Assembly (NCBI GenBank): GCA_964588955.1
Contig: CAZPQJ010000007.1
Coordinates: forward strand, 3,128 to 67,127
Direction of reading: 5' to 3'
DNA length: 64,000 nt
Source of the DNA: an uncultured Gammaproteobacteria bacterium
GTDB taxonomy: Bacteria; Patescibacteriota; Patescibacteriia; UBA9934; CAMTUG01
The position numbers were made by a program, and so were the translations under genes. This document shows positions 62,901-64,000 of the stretch, piece by piece; position 1 is the first letter of the stretch, and each line of letters begins with the position of its first letter. Under the pieces are notes generated by a model that was not told where the DNA came from, ran no database searches, and saw nothing but the letters and a program-made list of their open reading frames with translations.

Positions 62901-63949
62901 CCCAATTCTACCTCAAAGGTCATCTCCACACCAGTGCGATTCACAACAATGGTCACACGATCACCAGGATTGAAACGCGCCAACACGTCGGCGAGCGATT
63001 CCGTGTCGCTCACCGAAACATCGGAAACGCGCTCCACCACATCGCCCTTTTGCAGCCCGGCAGTAATAGCCGGTGAACCCAGAGTGATGCTAGAAATTTC
63101 TGTACCGAGACGGGACGGATGTACAGACGCACCAAGATAAGCGCGGCTCATTTCTCCGTTGCGAATAATCGTTTTGATGGCAGAGAGCATTTGATGGATA
63201 GGCAAAGCCCCCACTCCACCGACAGACCCTTCCGTTTTCGCCAGCGTCAGGGCGACAAATTCTCCAGAACTGTTGGCAACAATACCCGAAGGAAGAATGA
63301 TTTGATCAGCCAAGGCCATGTTAGACGTAAAGGTTTCCGCGGCGGTTATAGAAGTGCTGGAAATTACCTGACGCGGATTAACCACGGCGGTCGGCACAAT
63401 AGCGTCATCGCCCACCACGGCATACACCGCCTCTCCCCCTTGCATTCCTTCAGAATCACCAAACGGCACCACGGGCAACCCGGAGGCATTACTCACGTGC
63501 GCCATAACAAGCGATGAGAGCGGATCGAAGTCGATGGTGTCAATTGCGTATAGCGTGTCGCCAATGCGGGCAGAAACAAGCCCAACGGAAGCGCTGGTGA
63601 ATACGTCAGTTGTGGTAGCGATCCAGCCATCGGACGTGACCACCACCCCCACCCCTTTTTCTTGTCCGGCCGTAAACGTTCCATCTGCACTAGGGGGATA
63701 AAACAGAACAAGCGCCGGCGCGACCGAACGACGCACGTTACCAAGGGCTTCATCAACACTGCCTGGAAGCGGACGTGGTTTTGTACCAGAAAACTGGGTG
63801 TTGCTTGTATCGCTCTGCTGCAACGAAGCGCTATAGCGAATCAAATAGGTTCCGCTAGCCACGGCGCCGAGAATGCCGGCCAAGGCACCGATCACCAAAA
63901 CAGGGATGGTTAATTTCAAGATAGGCTTCAGAGCGTTTGGGATAGGCAT
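62891..63949 (-). CDS. HtrA/DegP-like trypsin-fold serine protease with C-terminal PDZ domain (possibly 5'-extended beyond window)
   Basis: An N-terminal TM helix is present. The Ser region is degenerate (IVANSSGEFV). The C-terminal PDZ reads GDVVERVSDVSVSD...GDRVTIVVNRTGVEMTFEV. The reading frame stays open to the window edge. Confidence 0.5.
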   Translation of the reverse strand: MPIPNALKPILKLTIPVLVIGALAGILGAVASGTYLIRYSASLQQSDTSNTQFSGTKPRPLPGSVDEALGNVRRSVAPALVLFYPPSADGTFTAGQEKGVGVVVTSDGWIATTTDVFTSASVGLVSARIGDTLYAIDTIDFDPLSSLVMAHVSNASGLPVVPFGDSEGMQGGEAVYAVVGDDAIVPTAVVNPRQVISSTSITAAETFTSNMALADQIILPSGIVANSSGEFVALTLAKTEGSVGGVGALPIHQMLSAIKTIIRNGEMSRAYLGASVHPSRLGTEISSITLGSPAITAGLQKGDVVERVSDVSVSDTESLADVLARFNPGDRVTIVVNRTGVEMTFEVELGKR

Positions 63950-64000
63950 ACCAATCAATTCTTTACGGATAATCTGTCGCAGGCTGAGGCTCGCCGTAGC

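Noticed and set aside
1-64000. Transposase, integrase or recombinase genes that could mobilise the repeat families or the high-GC island
   Set aside because: None were recognised in any frame. The elements appear non-autonomous, or their mobilising genes lie outside the window.

Overview
This 64 kb window is a roughly 50% GC bacterial genome fragment. The coding is gene-dense and mostly on the minus strand. No rRNA, CRISPR array, transposase or integrase was found. The gene set (RRM protein, HU, small HTH_17-like protein, ECF sigma with a DUF5667-like anti-sigma, a 4-helix-bundle '23S rRNA IVS' protein, giant coiled-coil proteins) points to an uncultured, possibly Patescibacteria/CPR-like lineage, but that is inference only.

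Recognisable content from start to end:
- PBP2/FtsI-type transpeptidase.
- Two tRNA-Pro genes on opposite strands.
- rsmE and SAM methyltransferases.
- A PQQ-type sugar dehydrogenase.
- A DCoH-type pterin dehydratase.
- A co-directional cluster nrdJ (class II, B12-dependent RNR) - ribH - YjjX-like NTPase - PEP-utilising-domain protein - cob(I)alamin adenosyltransferase.
- A GH5 hydrolase.
- An RRM RNA-binding protein and HU.
- An 1877-aa coiled-coil protein.
- Two polysaccharide loci: GT4/GT4/DUF2304/GT2/UXS-like, and GT4/methyltransferase/Wzy-like ... Wzz-like.
- An S8 protease, a TPR protein and a 1232-aa surface protein.
- An ECF sigma/anti-sigma pair.
- A GH-like + FG-GAP secreted protein.

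The most striking feature is a high-GC island at about 49.4-61.0 kb. It holds seven co-oriented genes. Six are lipoproteins built from Asp/Cys-rich 'DxDGDG..DCDD..PGA.E.C.G.DDDCDG' (MopE-like putative metal-binding) repeats. The seventh is a porin-like secreted protein. The island sits between the Wzy-like and Wzz-like polysaccharide genes. Its genes are separated by duplicated promoter/terminator modules.

The window also carries at least four families of non-coding repeats:
- A roughly 200-bp element with terminal inverted repeats (MITE-like).
- A roughly 115-nt structured element.
- A 36-nt palindrome that also occurs in-frame inside a CDS.
- GGAGAAA-rich palindromes.

All product calls are motif-based and made by eye. 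No database search was run.
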